A DNA stretch of 64,000 bases from Planctomycetota bacterium (GCA_038060895.1 JBBTCT010000007.1:68023-132022), one strand, 5' to 3'; positions 9,024 through 19,301 are shown, counted from the first letter of the stretch. Made by a program: numbers and translations. Notes: generated from the letters alone by a model not told the origin.

Positions 9024-10304
9024 TCAGGGCATTCGCGAAAGGGGAAGAAACAGGTCCCAGAAAGAAGGGAACGACTTGGCGACGACGGAAGGATTCTCGA
9101 TGGAAACTCCCGGGATCCGAAGCCCTGCGACGGCGAACGCCATCGCCATGCGGTGGTCGCCATGGGTGGAAATCGAGGCTCCCCGGGGGGCCGAAGGACG
9201 GATCGTCCATCCATCCTCGTGCGTTTCCACGCCGGCGCCGAGGCGGCGCAGTTCCGAAGCGGTGTCAGCCAGGCGGTCGGTTTCCTTCACGCGCAGGTTC
9301 GTGGCGCCGCGCAGACGGCTTTCTCCCGAAGCGAACGCAGCGACAACCGCGAACGTCTGTGCGGAATCCGGCATGCGAGAGAAGTCCGCCTCGACGCCGC
9401 GCAGCGCCGCCGGGCCGCGCACCGAGACGCCCCCGGCGTCCTCTTCGATCGCGCACCCCATCCGCTCGAGAACGCCGAGAAACCCGAGATCCCCCTGCAG
9501 CCCGTTTCGCTTCAGTCCCGAAACCCGCACGCCCCCCGCCGTCACCGCCGCGGCCGCAAAAAAGTAATTGGCGCCGGTCGCGTCCGGCTCGACGTCGAAC
9601 TCGCCGGCGCGCGGCGGGCCGACCACGTTCCAGTCGCCGGGACTGGCATGAACGCGGACGCCGAAATGCCGAAGAGCCTCGACGGTCATGTCCACATAGG
9701 AAACGGATGCGATGGGACCCGCAGCCCTCACGCGAAGCCCCGGCGCGTCCACCGCCGCGCCCGCGATCAGAAGCGCCGAGAGAAACTGCGACGACACGCT
9801 CGCATCCACCAGCACGCTCTTCGGCGTCAACCCGAAGCTCGAAATGCGAAGCGGCGGATACCCTTCCTTTCCCAGCCACCGGATCGCGGCTCCGAGATCG
9901 CTTGCCGCGCGTGCCAGCTCGCCGATCGGCCGCTCGCGGAGCCGCGCGTCGCCGTCGAGCGTGAAGTCGCCGGGGAGGGCGAGGCACAGGCCGAGCATGA
10001 AGCGCAGTGCGGTACCTGAGCCGCCGAGATTCAACTCGGCCTTCGTTTCCTGCGCGGGGCCGGTCACCCGGATTTCGTCGATGGAGTACTCCACCCGCGC
10101 GCCGAGCGCCGACACCGCTTCCGCGCACCTGCGCACGTCGTCGTTGTCACCGCATCCGCGGATGACCGACACGCCTTCAGCGAGCGCCGCGATGCAGATC
10201 GCGCGCTGCGTCCAGGATTTCGATCCCGGCACGCGGAGGTCGGCGGCGATCGGGCCGGAAGTCGGGATCGGAAGCGGGTCCAGGAAAGTCATTTCTCGAA
10301 GCAC
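9024..10304 (-). CDS. aroA: 3-phosphoshikimate 1-carboxyvinyltransferase
   Basis: PGSKS, SGTALRF, RERPI, SSQFLSALL, LRVKETDRL, DHRMAMAF. Confidence 0.96.
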   Translation of the reverse strand: MLREMTFLDPLPIPTSGPIAADLRVPGSKSWTQRAICIAALAEGVSVIRGCGDNDDVRRCAEAVSALGARVEYSIDEIRVTGPAQETKAELNLGGSGTALRFMLGLCLALPGDFTLDGDARLRERPIGELARAASDLGAAIRWLGKEGYPPLRISSFGLTPKSVLVDASVSSQFLSALLIAGAAVDAPGLRVRAAGPIASVSYVDMTVEALRHFGVRVHASPGDWNVVGPPRAGEFDVEPDATGANYFFAAAAVTAGGVRVSGLKRNGLQGDLGFLGVLERMGCAIEEDAGGVSVRGPAALRGVEADFSRMPDSAQTFAVVAAFASGESRLRGATNLRVKETDRLADTASELRRLGAGVETHEDGWTIRPSAPRGASISTHGDHRMAMAFAVAGLRIPGVSIENPSVVAKSFPSFWDLFLPLSRMP

Positions 10305-10312
10305 CTCGGCTC

Positions 10313-10344
10313 AAAAAAAAAGACCCCGCCTCGAGGGCGGGGTC
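10313..10344 (-). terminator. intrinsic terminator
   Basis: GACCCCGCC / GGCGGGGTC stem followed by a 9-nt U-tract on the minus strand. Confidence 0.8.
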
Positions 10345-10358
10345 CTGTTGGCGGCCTG

Positions 10359-11018
10359 CTACTTTTTGACGTCGTAGAACTTGATCGACTTCAGGACAAG
10401 CTCGATTTCCTCGCCCGAGTGCTTTCCGTCCATTTTCTCCTCGCCGGGAGGGCAGTAGACGCCGAACGTGTAGGTGTTCTTCCCGTCGGCCTTGCACACC
10501 AGCAGGCGGACGAAGAAGGAGCCGCCGTACTTCTTGTGCTCTGCGTAGCAGGAAAAGGCGTACATCGACCCGCACGGGTAGGCGACCTTGTCGGTTTCCT
10601 TCACATTCTTCGGGTTCTTGTATTCGCGCTCCATCCACACGTCGTAGATCGCCTTCGCAAACCCCTTGGTGCTGGATGGCGTTCCTTCCCAATCGCCGAT
10701 CTTGTACTTCTCCTGCGTGGAATAGCGCGTGCAGTAGATCTGCACCAGCGGCGGGCTCTTGGATGAGTCGCCGTCCTTGTTGTCGGCCGCCCACTTCTGG
10801 AGAATGAATGCGCCCTTCTCCGCGAAGTCCTTGTCCCAGGCGCCCTCACCCACGATCTTCCACTGGTCCTTGCCCTTGGGCTTCCAGACCTTGATCCCGT
10901 AGGTTGTGTTGTCGAACAAGTCCATGTCGGTTTTCGGATCCTCGGCGGCGACGGGCTGCTGAAGAGCGACGGCGGCCGCGGCGGCCAGGAATGCAATGAC
11001 GGGCAGCAACTTCTTCAC
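10359..11018 (-). CDS. hypothetical secreted protein
   Basis: GAGGGAGG RBS, GTG start, Sec signal peptide, 219 aa. Confidence 0.8.
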   Translation of the reverse strand: MKKLLPVIAFLAAAAAVALQQPVAAEDPKTDMDLFDNTTYGIKVWKPKGKDQWKIVGEGAWDKDFAEKGAFILQKWAADNKDGDSSKSPPLVQIYCTRYSTQEKYKIGDWEGTPSSTKGFAKAIYDVWMEREYKNPKNVKETDKVAYPCGSMYAFSCYAEHKKYGGSFFVRLLVCKADGKNTYTFGVYCPPGEEKMDGKHSGEEIELVLKSIKFYDVKK

Positions 11019-11182
11019 GGCGTCCTCCCTCGTTATCGAAAGTTAGGGTCGGCGGGTGTGGTAACCGTCAAGTATAGGGACTGTGTTTGGACGTGCCAAG
11101 GCGAAAACGCTATGGAGAAGAACAACAGGGGGACGCGGGCGGCACGACTCCGTTACGGTTGTCCTGCGAACAAACCCGGACC

Positions 11183-13465
11183 TCATTTCCGGACTTTGTC
11201 CTCGCGCCACTTCTGCCAGTCGAGGTAATGCGCGCCGAAGTCCTCCCCGGTGGCCTTTTTGAGCCCGTCAGCCGCGGACTTGCGGATGCGGTCGGAGCCG
11301 TCCTGAAGGAGGCCGATAAGGGCGTCGAGGATGGCAGGCTCCGGGCCGAAACCGCCGAGGTACTCGACGAGGACGGGGCGAAGGCTGGTCTTCTCGATCG
11401 AGGCGGCCTGGATGAGCGCCGGAATCGCCTCCTTTACGGCCTTCTGCGAAAGTTCCCGGGCGGCGTTTCGACGCGTCATCATGTCGGCGCTCTTGAGGTC
11501 GGAGATCAGCGCTTCCGTCGCGCTGACCGCATCCGCCGGGGTGGGCTCGGCGACGGGTTGCTTCTTTCGAACGTGAAAGGTTCCCTTCACCGCATTGTCG
11601 CGGATCGCGACCCAGTCGGCGTCCGCAGTGAGCGGAGCGAGGCCGAAGTCGGCGCCGACCTCGTAAATCGGCAGGTAACGGTAGTAGACCTCGAGGTTGA
11701 TCACGCACATCGCCGTGGCGTAGACGCGGCCGCCGAACGAAGAGTCCGCCGTCACCGGGTCCCAGCTTCCCTTCTCGTGCCCATCCTTGCGCTGCGCCCC
11801 GAGCGTGACCTCGCGGATCTTCGCGTTCCACTTCTCCCAGTCTTCCCCGCCGTGATGGAACATCGCGAGCGTCGCGTAGTAGTTGTAGTAGAGCGACCAG
11901 TGTCCCGCGGCCTTGCGCGCGGCGAGCATCGACCAGTGGGCGCACGCACCCCATTCGTTGTCGAACCGCGGCGGCACCTTGCGGATGACCTGGGCGAACT
12001 GTTCCTGCGTCGGGTGGTCGTCGGCGATCCCGAGGTAGATGCGGGTCACCCACCCGGCGGCCACGATCGCGTTGCAGCCCTCCTGCTTCACCTGCCGCGC
12101 CCCCTCGAGCTCATAGGCGATAGCCCCCGTCTTCCGGTCCGTCACGCTCTCCATGTAGACCTTCGCCATCTCCCACGTCTTCTTCGGGACCGCCAGTCCC
12201 GCCGCGCGCGCGCTTCGCAGCAGCATCACCTGCCACGAAGCGACGTTCGTGTCGCCCCGTCCCGAGCGGTAGTTGCCGTAGTCCCAGCCGCCGTTGTCCT
12301 GCTGCACCATGCAGGTGTGATTCACCGCCAGCTGCGCGTGCGGCCGCAACCGCGGATCGTGCGTCAGCGAGTACGCCTCGATCAGCGCAATCCCCGCCAT
12401 CCCGTGCGATACCGTCGAACGCTCGCTCTCGCGGTCGCCCGAAATCAGGCAGCCGTCCGGGCGCTGCGCCTTGCACAGGTACTGAAGCGCCCTGTCCACG
12501 ACGTCGCAGAACGGGTGCCGGGGAGGCTTCTCCTGCCCCGAGACCTCCGTCCGCTGGTCGTCCATCTGCGTGTACCCCGCGCCCAGGAACGCCAGCGCCG
12601 CGAGCCCCGTCGCCGCGCACTTGTACGCGTCGTACTGGTGCGACCAGTACTCCTCCCGCTCGTCCGCGCACTTCTGCCCCGCAGGACACCGGCGCGTGTA
12701 CGAAGCAAGATCCCAGCTCCCGTCCGCACTCTGGTGGTCCGCCAGCCACGCCAGCCCGTCGCTCACGGCCTGCTCGGAAACTCCGTCGCCCCCGTACCGC
12801 CTGAGCGCGTTTCCGCGCCCCGCGCCGCCACGCCCCGCATAGATCCCGCTGAAACCCGCTTCCCCCGTCGGCTCGCCCGTGACGCCGATCGGAAGCGGCG
12901 AAGGCCCGGCGGTCGATGTCACCGGAGGCAGCCGCAAGGGGCCCGTCTCCGGTTGGCCGGTGTCCGCGATTTCCTTCGGCGGCGAGTCCTCCGAGTCCTT
13001 CCCCTTGACTCCGTTGTCCTGCGGCCCTTCCTCCAACCCACCCGGCGACCCGATCCGGAGCGCCACGCGGAAGATCTGGCCCAGGCGCTGGTGGGGCTTG
13101 AAGTAGACAACGTTCATCAGGATGACGGCGGCGAGCAGATGAAGCGCGAGCGAAAACGCCCAGGCCGGGCTTCGCCGAACCCAGGACACCGGGTCGTGGA
13201 TCTCCTTCGCGACTCGCTTCTCGGCGCGCTCCTTCCTCGCCGCGATGTCGCGTGAAACTCCGCGCATGTTGGGCGGCACTTTTCCGCGCGGGCCGCTCCG
13301 GTTTGCTCCCTTGGGCCGGGCCCACAGGCGTTTCTTCGGTGAAGCGGCCGCCGGCTTCTCAGCCGCGGGGCTGACACGCTTCAGGAATGCCGCGGCCGCT
13401 GCGGAAAGAGCGCCCTTTGAAGGGACGCTCGTGGGGACGCCGTTGGCGGATGCGTTCGTGTCCAT
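11183..13465 (-). CDS. TM-anchored prenyltransferase/squalene-oxidase-repeat protein with C-terminal HEAT repeats (paralog 1)
   Basis: QW-type repeats WLADHQSADGSW, QQDNGGWDY, GSWDP; TM WAFSLALHLL; C-terminal RRNAAREL..AIPALI. Confidence 0.88.
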   Translation of the reverse strand: MDTNASANGVPTSVPSKGALSAAAAAFLKRVSPAAEKPAAASPKKRLWARPKGANRSGPRGKVPPNMRGVSRDIAARKERAEKRVAKEIHDPVSWVRRSPAWAFSLALHLLAAVILMNVVYFKPHQRLGQIFRVALRIGSPGGLEEGPQDNGVKGKDSEDSPPKEIADTGQPETGPLRLPPVTSTAGPSPLPIGVTGEPTGEAGFSGIYAGRGGAGRGNALRRYGGDGVSEQAVSDGLAWLADHQSADGSWDLASYTRRCPAGQKCADEREEYWSHQYDAYKCAATGLAALAFLGAGYTQMDDQRTEVSGQEKPPRHPFCDVVDRALQYLCKAQRPDGCLISGDRESERSTVSHGMAGIALIEAYSLTHDPRLRPHAQLAVNHTCMVQQDNGGWDYGNYRSGRGDTNVASWQVMLLRSARAAGLAVPKKTWEMAKVYMESVTDRKTGAIAYELEGARQVKQEGCNAIVAAGWVTRIYLGIADDHPTQEQFAQVIRKVPPRFDNEWGACAHWSMLAARKAAGHWSLYYNYYATLAMFHHGGEDWEKWNAKIREVTLGAQRKDGHEKGSWDPVTADSSFGGRVYATAMCVINLEVYYRYLPIYEVGADFGLAPLTADADWVAIRDNAVKGTFHVRKKQPVAEPTPADAVSATEALISDLKSADMMTRRNAARELSQKAVKEAIPALIQAASIEKTSLRPVLVEYLGGFGPEPAILDALIGLLQDGSDRIRKSAADGLKKATGEDFGAHYLDWQKWREDKVRK

Positions 13466-13508
13466 GTTTTCCCAGGCGCTGCTTCCCCCGAAGCCGAGCG
13501 CCGCGGCG

Positions 13509-15746
13509 TCACTTCTTCGACTTCTCGTCCCGCTGCTTGGCGAGCCACGTCCGCCAGCCGCGAGCGTCCTTGCCGATCGATGTTTCGCCGGTGGCCTTGC
13601 GAAGCGCTGTGAGTGCCGCGGTCTGGATGCGGTCCTCGGCGTTGTCCAGGGTCTCGACGAGGTAGTCGAGGATGAGGTCGGAGTCGCCGAAGGCGCCGAG
13701 GTATTCGATGAGGACGGGGCGCAGGCTCGTCTTTTCCACCCTGGAGGCCTGGATGAGCTCCTTCACGGCGGAGATTTCGTGCCGGTTCGACAGGTCCTTT
13801 GCCGCGTTGCGGCGCGTCATCATGTCCTCGCTCTGCAGGTCCTTCACGAGGTCTTCGGTCGGCCGGTCAACTCGCGGGGCCACCGGCTTGTCGGGATCCG
13901 TGCGCTTCCCGGGCCGGTCCAACGGCGACTCCTCCGCCGTTCCCTGGACGTCGCCGAACTTCCCTTTGCGCGCGTCGCCGAGGACCTTGTCCCATTCGTC
14001 GTCGGTGACGAGTTTCTGGAGGCCGAATTCCGCGCCGACCTGGTAGCAGGGCAGGTAGCGGTAGTAAACCTCGAGATTCATGACGTTGAACGCGGTCGTG
14101 TAAACGCGGCCGCCCCACGCGCCGTCCCACACCACGGGGTCCCAGGAGCCCTTCGCATGTCCGTCCTTGCGCTGGGCCGGAAGAGTGCACGCGCGCATCT
14201 TCTGGTTCCATTCTTCCCAGGGCTTGCCGCCGTGGTGAAAGAGGGCCAGGGTGGCGTAGTAGGTGTAGTAGAGGGACCAGTGCGATCCGCCTTTGCGGTT
14301 CTGGAGGCCGCCCCAGTTCGGGCAGGCGCCCGGCGTGTCGTCGTACCGCGGCGGGGCCTTGAGGATGCAGTCGACGAACTTGTCGGAGATCTGCTGGTCG
14401 TCCGGCATGGCGAGGTACGCGCGCGTGGCCATCCCGATCGCGACCATGCAGTTGCAGCCGCGAGTCACGCGCCCGGGCGAGCCCGTGACGCAGTACCCGA
14501 CGTTCCCGGTCGTGTAATCGGTGAGTTTGCTCATGCAGAAGCGCGCGCGGTCCCAGGTCCGCTTCGGCACCGCCAGCCCTGCGGCGCGCGCCGAGCGCAG
14601 GCTCATGACCATCCAGCTGGTGATGGAAGTGTCGCTGCGGCTCATGTTTTCCGGCGTGTAGTTCCATCCGCCCGAGTCCTGCTGCGAATCGACCATGTGC
14701 ATGACGGCGCGTTGCGCGTGCGGCTTGAGCGCGGGGTCCTTCGTCACCGAGTACGCCTCGATCACCGCGAGGCTCGCGATGCCGTGGACGTACATGCTGC
14801 GTTCGCCTTCGGGATCCAGCTCCCCGGATTTTTCGTTCTGCTCGCGGCAGAGCCAGTTCAGGGCCTTCTTGATTGTCGCCGTGTACTGGTGCGTCACCGG
14901 CCCGCCCTGGTCCTGCGGCCGGAGGTGGTCGTCGAGGTGCGAATACCCCGCGCCAAGATAAGCGAGGATCGCCAGCGCCGTCGTCGCCCCCGCGTACATC
15001 TGCTCGCCCTTCTCGTCGCCGCCGCATTTGTCGGTGCGCGGGCAGTTGTCGTCGAACCGGCCCGGATCCCAGGCGCCGCTCTTTGACTGGTGCTTCGCAA
15101 GCCATGCCAGCCCGTCGATCACGGCCTGCTCGCTCTGCCCGTCGCCGCCGAACTGCCGCAGCATCTCGCCGCGCCCCGCGCCGCCGCGACCCGCGTAAAT
15201 CCCGCCCGGGCCGTCCTTTCCTGAAACTTCACCCGACAGGACCTTGAGCGGGAAGGGCGTCGCGGTCGCGCCGACTTCAGGAAGCGCCGGCTTGATGCTC
15301 GCCGGAGTCGGTTCCGCCGCGACCTCGGGGTCCTTGTCCTTCTCCTCACCCGCGGGCTTCGAGTCCTCGTTGTCCTTCCCGTTCACGCCGTTGTCCTGGT
15401 CCCCCTGGTGCGCTCCGCCCGCCTGCGCCTGGCGAAGCGTCATCCGGAACACCTGGCCCAGCTTCCCGTGCTGCGTGAAGTACACGACATTCATCAGGAT
15501 CACGCCGGCGACGATATGAAGCGCCGCCGAAATCGCCCACGCAGGGCTCCGGCTCACCCAGCTCGCGACGTTGCGTGATTCTTCGGCGTCCCACTTCTGC
15601 GCGCGCTCGCTCGCCAGCTCCCCGCCGATCGCCTTCGTCAGCCCCTTCACGCCCGCAGGAACTTTCCCCTGCGGCTTCAGCGCTTTCCTGTTTTTGCCGA
15701 AGCGCCAGACTTTCCGGGCCGGTGTGCTCGCGTTGTTGTCGCCCAT
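13509..15746 (-). CDS. TM-anchored prenyltransferase/squalene-oxidase-repeat protein with C-terminal HEAT repeats (paralog 2)
   Basis: WLAKHQSKSGAW, QQDSGGWNY, GGRVYTTA..LEVYYRYLP; same architecture as paralog 1. Confidence 0.88.
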   Translation of the reverse strand: MGDNNASTPARKVWRFGKNRKALKPQGKVPAGVKGLTKAIGGELASERAQKWDAEESRNVASWVSRSPAWAISAALHIVAGVILMNVVYFTQHGKLGQVFRMTLRQAQAGGAHQGDQDNGVNGKDNEDSKPAGEEKDKDPEVAAEPTPASIKPALPEVGATATPFPLKVLSGEVSGKDGPGGIYAGRGGAGRGEMLRQFGGDGQSEQAVIDGLAWLAKHQSKSGAWDPGRFDDNCPRTDKCGGDEKGEQMYAGATTALAILAYLGAGYSHLDDHLRPQDQGGPVTHQYTATIKKALNWLCREQNEKSGELDPEGERSMYVHGIASLAVIEAYSVTKDPALKPHAQRAVMHMVDSQQDSGGWNYTPENMSRSDTSITSWMVMSLRSARAAGLAVPKRTWDRARFCMSKLTDYTTGNVGYCVTGSPGRVTRGCNCMVAIGMATRAYLAMPDDQQISDKFVDCILKAPPRYDDTPGACPNWGGLQNRKGGSHWSLYYTYYATLALFHHGGKPWEEWNQKMRACTLPAQRKDGHAKGSWDPVVWDGAWGGRVYTTAFNVMNLEVYYRYLPCYQVGAEFGLQKLVTDDEWDKVLGDARKGKFGDVQGTAEESPLDRPGKRTDPDKPVAPRVDRPTEDLVKDLQSEDMMTRRNAAKDLSNRHEISAVKELIQASRVEKTSLRPVLIEYLGAFGDSDLILDYLVETLDNAEDRIQTAALTALRKATGETSIGKDARGWRTWLAKQRDEKSKK

Positions 15747-15767
15747 GGTTGTCCCTATTCTACCGGT

Positions 15768-18314
15768 TTACTTCTTCCGTCCGGCCCACCAGTCGCGCCA
15801 CGCCTCCGGCGTGTCGCCTGTGAGCCCCGTCGCCTTCTTGAGCGCCCGCATGGCGGCGCCGCGCGCGGAGTCCTCGTCCAGCCACTCCACGAGCGCCTTG
15901 AGCACTTTTTCGTTTTCGCCGAACACCGAGAGGTCTTCGATCAGCAGCACCTTCAGGCTCGACGACTCTTTCTTTGCAACTTCGATCATCGCGTCCAGCG
16001 CCCCGGCTTCCTTGCGACGGCACAGCTCGCGCGACGCCGCGCGCTTGAGCGACGTGTCGCCGTTCTGCAGGAAATCGATGAGGTCCGCAGACGGCGTGTC
16101 CGCCTGGACGCGCGAGGACGCCGTCTTCGGTTTCCCGTCGTCGAGCGGCGCGAGCAGGTCGACCTCGGCCTTGTAGCTGGGCAGGTAACGGTAATAAACC
16201 TCGAGGTTCAGCACGGCCATCGCCGTCGCGTAAGCGCGGCCGCCGTATCCCGTGTCGAGCCCTTTCGTCGGCCATGAGCCCAGTTCGTGCCCCGACTTGA
16301 GCTGCATCGGGAGCACTTCGCGCTTCATCGCCCGGTTCCATGCCGTCCATTCCTCGCCGCCGTTGTAGAACATCACGAGCGTCGCGTAGTAAACGTAGTA
16401 GAAGCTGTGGTGCCACTCCGATTCCTCGCCCTTGGGAGGGTTCGCGATCGAGGGCGGCGTCTTTGCAAGAAGCGCGACCGTGCGCGATTCGAGCGTGCCT
16501 CCGCGCGGGAGGCCGAGGTAGTTGCGCGCGAGGACTCCGGAGGCCTGCACCGCCGGCGTGCCGCCGTGGCGCGTCTGGTCGAGCAGGAAGTAGGCGACCC
16601 ACGGCCGCTGCTCGTCCGTCGCCAGCGTGTAGAACGTGCGCGCGCGCGTCCAGGTCGCCGTCGGCACCGTCAGCCCTGCGGCGCGCGCGGCGCGAAGTGC
16701 CATGATCATCCAGCCCGAGATCGAAGTGTCGCCGCGCCCGGAACGCTGCGCGTCGTAATCCCAGCCGCCGTTTTCCTGCTGGGTCGAACAGATGTACCCC
16801 AGCGCCCGGTCACAGACCGGCCGCAGCCGCGGGTCCTGCGTCATCGCGAGCAGTTCGCACATCGCGTACGTCGCGATCGCGTGCGTGTAGTTGTAGACCG
16901 TCTCCGCTTCCTCGATGCGCCCATCCTTCGTCTGCCGGGACGTCAGGAACTCCGCGGCGTTTTTCACGTTGGCCGCGTAGGGGCCTTCGGGACCGTCGAG
17001 ATGCGTGTGGCCAGCGCCGAGGAAGGCGAGAAGCGCGACGGCGGTCGTGCCGACCGGGAAACGGCAGGCCATTCCGCCGCAGGGAGGTTCGATCTGGCAG
17101 ATGTCGCGTGCCCAGTCGACTCCCCAGGCTCCCGTTTTCCCCTGGTGCGCCGCGAGCCATTTCAGCCCGCGTTCCACGGCGGCTTCTGTTTCTTCGTCGC
17201 CGCCATTCTTGATCAGCGCCTCTTTCTTCGCCCGCCCTCCGCGACCGGCGAACATGCCGCCGAGGCCGTCATGCCCGCTCGTCCCGGTTCCCGGCGCATC
17301 CGGGATGTTTCCAAGCGAAATGGAGGGGACGCGCACGTCGGTGGGGATTTCCGGCAGCTTCACTCCTGCGGGCTGGGGGTCGAGCGGGTCGGGGCGACCC
17401 GCGGGCCCGCTGTCCTCGTTGTCGCGGCCCATCAGTCCCTTCTCCTGGTCTCCTCCGGGAACGACGGGGAGCTTGGTCGAGGGGGCCTGAAGCGGCGGCG
17501 CGGCAGACAGACGCAGGCGGAAGATCTCGGTTGAGCGGTGGATCGTGGAGAAGTACACGATGTTCATGAGGACAATCGCGACAACCATGTGGACGGCCGC
17601 GGCGACGAGCCACGCGGGCGCGCTCTTCGCCGCTTCTTCAGCGGACAGCACCTCACCCGGAGACTCCGGCCGGGCGCCGCGCTTGGCGAATTTCGGCCCG
17701 CGCCGCTCGCGGGTCCGGCGGGGACTCTCCGGCTCCGTCGGAACGCCGGGCCCCGAGTACATCACGGTGGCGGCGCGCGGGGTGGAGGGCGGAAGCGGAG
17801 ACGGCGCGACGTGGGGTCCCGGGGTGAGCAGTGCCGCGAGGTCTACGGATGGGCCCGCCGCCTTCAGGTCGTCGGTTTCCTCGTCGCGGTCGGGAGGCGG
17901 CGCGGCGGCAGGCGTGGGAGGAGGCGCCGCGACCCATTCGCGCATTTCCTTCCGGCGCGGAGAGTCCTTCGGCTCGTCCCGCAGGCCGCCGAGGAGGCCT
18001 TTGAGCCAGAGCCCGGTTGACTTCTGGTTCACGTCCACGTCGCGCGGCTTCGCGAGGAATTCCGTCCGCGGAACAGGGTCCTCGAGGATCGAGTCCACGA
18101 GATCGGTCAAGTCCTGCGCATCCGGAGGACGCAGCGCCGGATCTTCCTTCGGGGGGAGCAGAGGATTGGGCTCGCGCTTCACGTCGCCGGGCTTCTGCCC
18201 GGTCGCGATTTCCCACACCAGCTTGTAGACCATCTGGACCACCTGAGGGTCGTCGGGCGGCTTCCCGACTTCCTTGGCGATCTTCTCCAGGATTTCGCGC
18301 GTCAGTCTGTCCAC
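15768..18314 (-). CDS. TM-anchored prenyltransferase/squalene-oxidase-repeat protein with C-terminal HEAT repeats (paralog 3)
   Basis: WLAAHQGKTGAW, QQENGGWDY, GGRAYATA..LEVYYRYLP; longer Pro-rich N-terminus. Confidence 0.88.
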   Translation of the reverse strand: MDRLTREILEKIAKEVGKPPDDPQVVQMVYKLVWEIATGQKPGDVKREPNPLLPPKEDPALRPPDAQDLTDLVDSILEDPVPRTEFLAKPRDVDVNQKSTGLWLKGLLGGLRDEPKDSPRRKEMREWVAAPPPTPAAAPPPDRDEETDDLKAAGPSVDLAALLTPGPHVAPSPLPPSTPRAATVMYSGPGVPTEPESPRRTRERRGPKFAKRGARPESPGEVLSAEEAAKSAPAWLVAAAVHMVVAIVLMNIVYFSTIHRSTEIFRLRLSAAPPLQAPSTKLPVVPGGDQEKGLMGRDNEDSGPAGRPDPLDPQPAGVKLPEIPTDVRVPSISLGNIPDAPGTGTSGHDGLGGMFAGRGGRAKKEALIKNGGDEETEAAVERGLKWLAAHQGKTGAWGVDWARDICQIEPPCGGMACRFPVGTTAVALLAFLGAGHTHLDGPEGPYAANVKNAAEFLTSRQTKDGRIEEAETVYNYTHAIATYAMCELLAMTQDPRLRPVCDRALGYICSTQQENGGWDYDAQRSGRGDTSISGWMIMALRAARAAGLTVPTATWTRARTFYTLATDEQRPWVAYFLLDQTRHGGTPAVQASGVLARNYLGLPRGGTLESRTVALLAKTPPSIANPPKGEESEWHHSFYYVYYATLVMFYNGGEEWTAWNRAMKREVLPMQLKSGHELGSWPTKGLDTGYGGRAYATAMAVLNLEVYYRYLPSYKAEVDLLAPLDDGKPKTASSRVQADTPSADLIDFLQNGDTSLKRAASRELCRRKEAGALDAMIEVAKKESSSLKVLLIEDLSVFGENEKVLKALVEWLDEDSARGAAMRALKKATGLTGDTPEAWRDWWAGRKK

Positions 18315-18485
18315 GGAGTTCCCCCTTGAGTGCTGCCCTTTCCTTCCAACTCGCGTGCCGGGAAGAAGCCTGATTTCAGACTAACCAAAGCCGAACATCC
18401 GAGGTTTTGGAGCCGCGTTTGTAAAATGTCTTGCGAGCGCACCGGAAGCGTGTAATTTCGCGGCACGCAACCGGAGATTGTACCC

Positions 18486-18812
18486 ATGGCGACCGCCGAT
18501 CCGTCCGACATTTTCGAAGCCTCCCCCACCGAGCTTGGGATCACGTGGAAAGACGGCCACCGCTCCGTCTACTCGCTCCACCATCTCCGCATCAGTTGCC
18601 CGTGCGCGACCTGCAACGATCTCCGCGGAAAGTACGGTCCGCTGGTGATCAATCGCGACACGATCCGCCTGAAAGGCATCGAGCCCACCGGGCGGTACGC
18701 GCTTCAGATGCTCTGGAACGACGGACATCAGACGGGAATCTATGCCTGGGAGTTCCTTAGAGAAATCTGCTCGTGTGCGGAATGCGCGAAGAAGGCCTCC
18801 GCGAAGAGCTGA
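18486..18812 (+). CDS. DUF971 / gamma-butyrobetaine hydroxylase N-terminal-like protein
   Basis: ITWKDGH.S.Y, LRISCPCATC, GRYALQ..WNDGHQTGIYAWEFL. Confidence 0.9.
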   Translation: MATADPSDIFEASPTELGITWKDGHRSVYSLHHLRISCPCATCNDLRGKYGPLVINRDTIRLKGIEPTGRYALQMLWNDGHQTGIYAWEFLREICSCAECAKKASAKS

Positions 18813-18830
18813 CGCAGGCGCGCGTGGGCG

Positions 18831-19301
18831 CTACTTGTGGTCGTGATCGTCATGGTCGTGATCATGCTCCTCCTTCGGCAGGTCAATGTTGTACTTCTTC
18901 CCGTCGATCGTCACCGCGATCCTCCCGTCGAGGGCGTGGGCCTTCAGCGCTTCGTCCGTCGCCTCGAACCGGGACGCAAGCCCCTCCTTGTCCGGCTCGA
19001 CGGCATTCGTGACCAGTTGCCTGGCCCCATCCTTCGTGGTCAGGTTGAACTTCGGCGCATCCTTGATCGCGACGCCCTTCTCGGCCTTCGCGTCGAGAAC
19101 GTAGATCGTCGCTTTGCCTTCTTTCTCGTCGCGCACAAGTTCGAGATGCGCGACTTCCTCCCCGACCTCGAGAAGCACGCCGCCGTGGGGCGCCTTGTGC
19201 TCCTCCTCCTTCTTCTCCTCCTTCTTGTCGTCACCCGCTCGAATTCCCGAAGCGAAGCAGGCGAAGACGACGACGGCCATTCCCAGGCGAGAACTAAGCA
19301 T
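18831..19301 (-). CDS. secreted His-rich metal-binding protein
   Basis: Signal peptide, HKAPHGG..HLEL motif, C-terminal HDHDHDDHDHK; last gene of the RND operon. Confidence 0.8.
   Translation of the reverse strand: MLSSRLGMAVVVFACFASGIRAGDDKKEEKKEEEHKAPHGGVLLEVGEEVAHLELVRDEKEGKATIYVLDAKAEKGVAIKDAPKFNLTTKDGARQLVTNAVEPDKEGLASRFEATDEALKAHALDGRIAVTIDGKKYNIDLPKEEHDHDHDDHDHK

Noticed and set aside
11183-18314. Squalene-hopene cyclase / terpene biosynthetic cluster
   Set aside because: QW repeats are present, but there is no DxDD motif, only a single barrel, a TM anchor and no other terpenoid genes.
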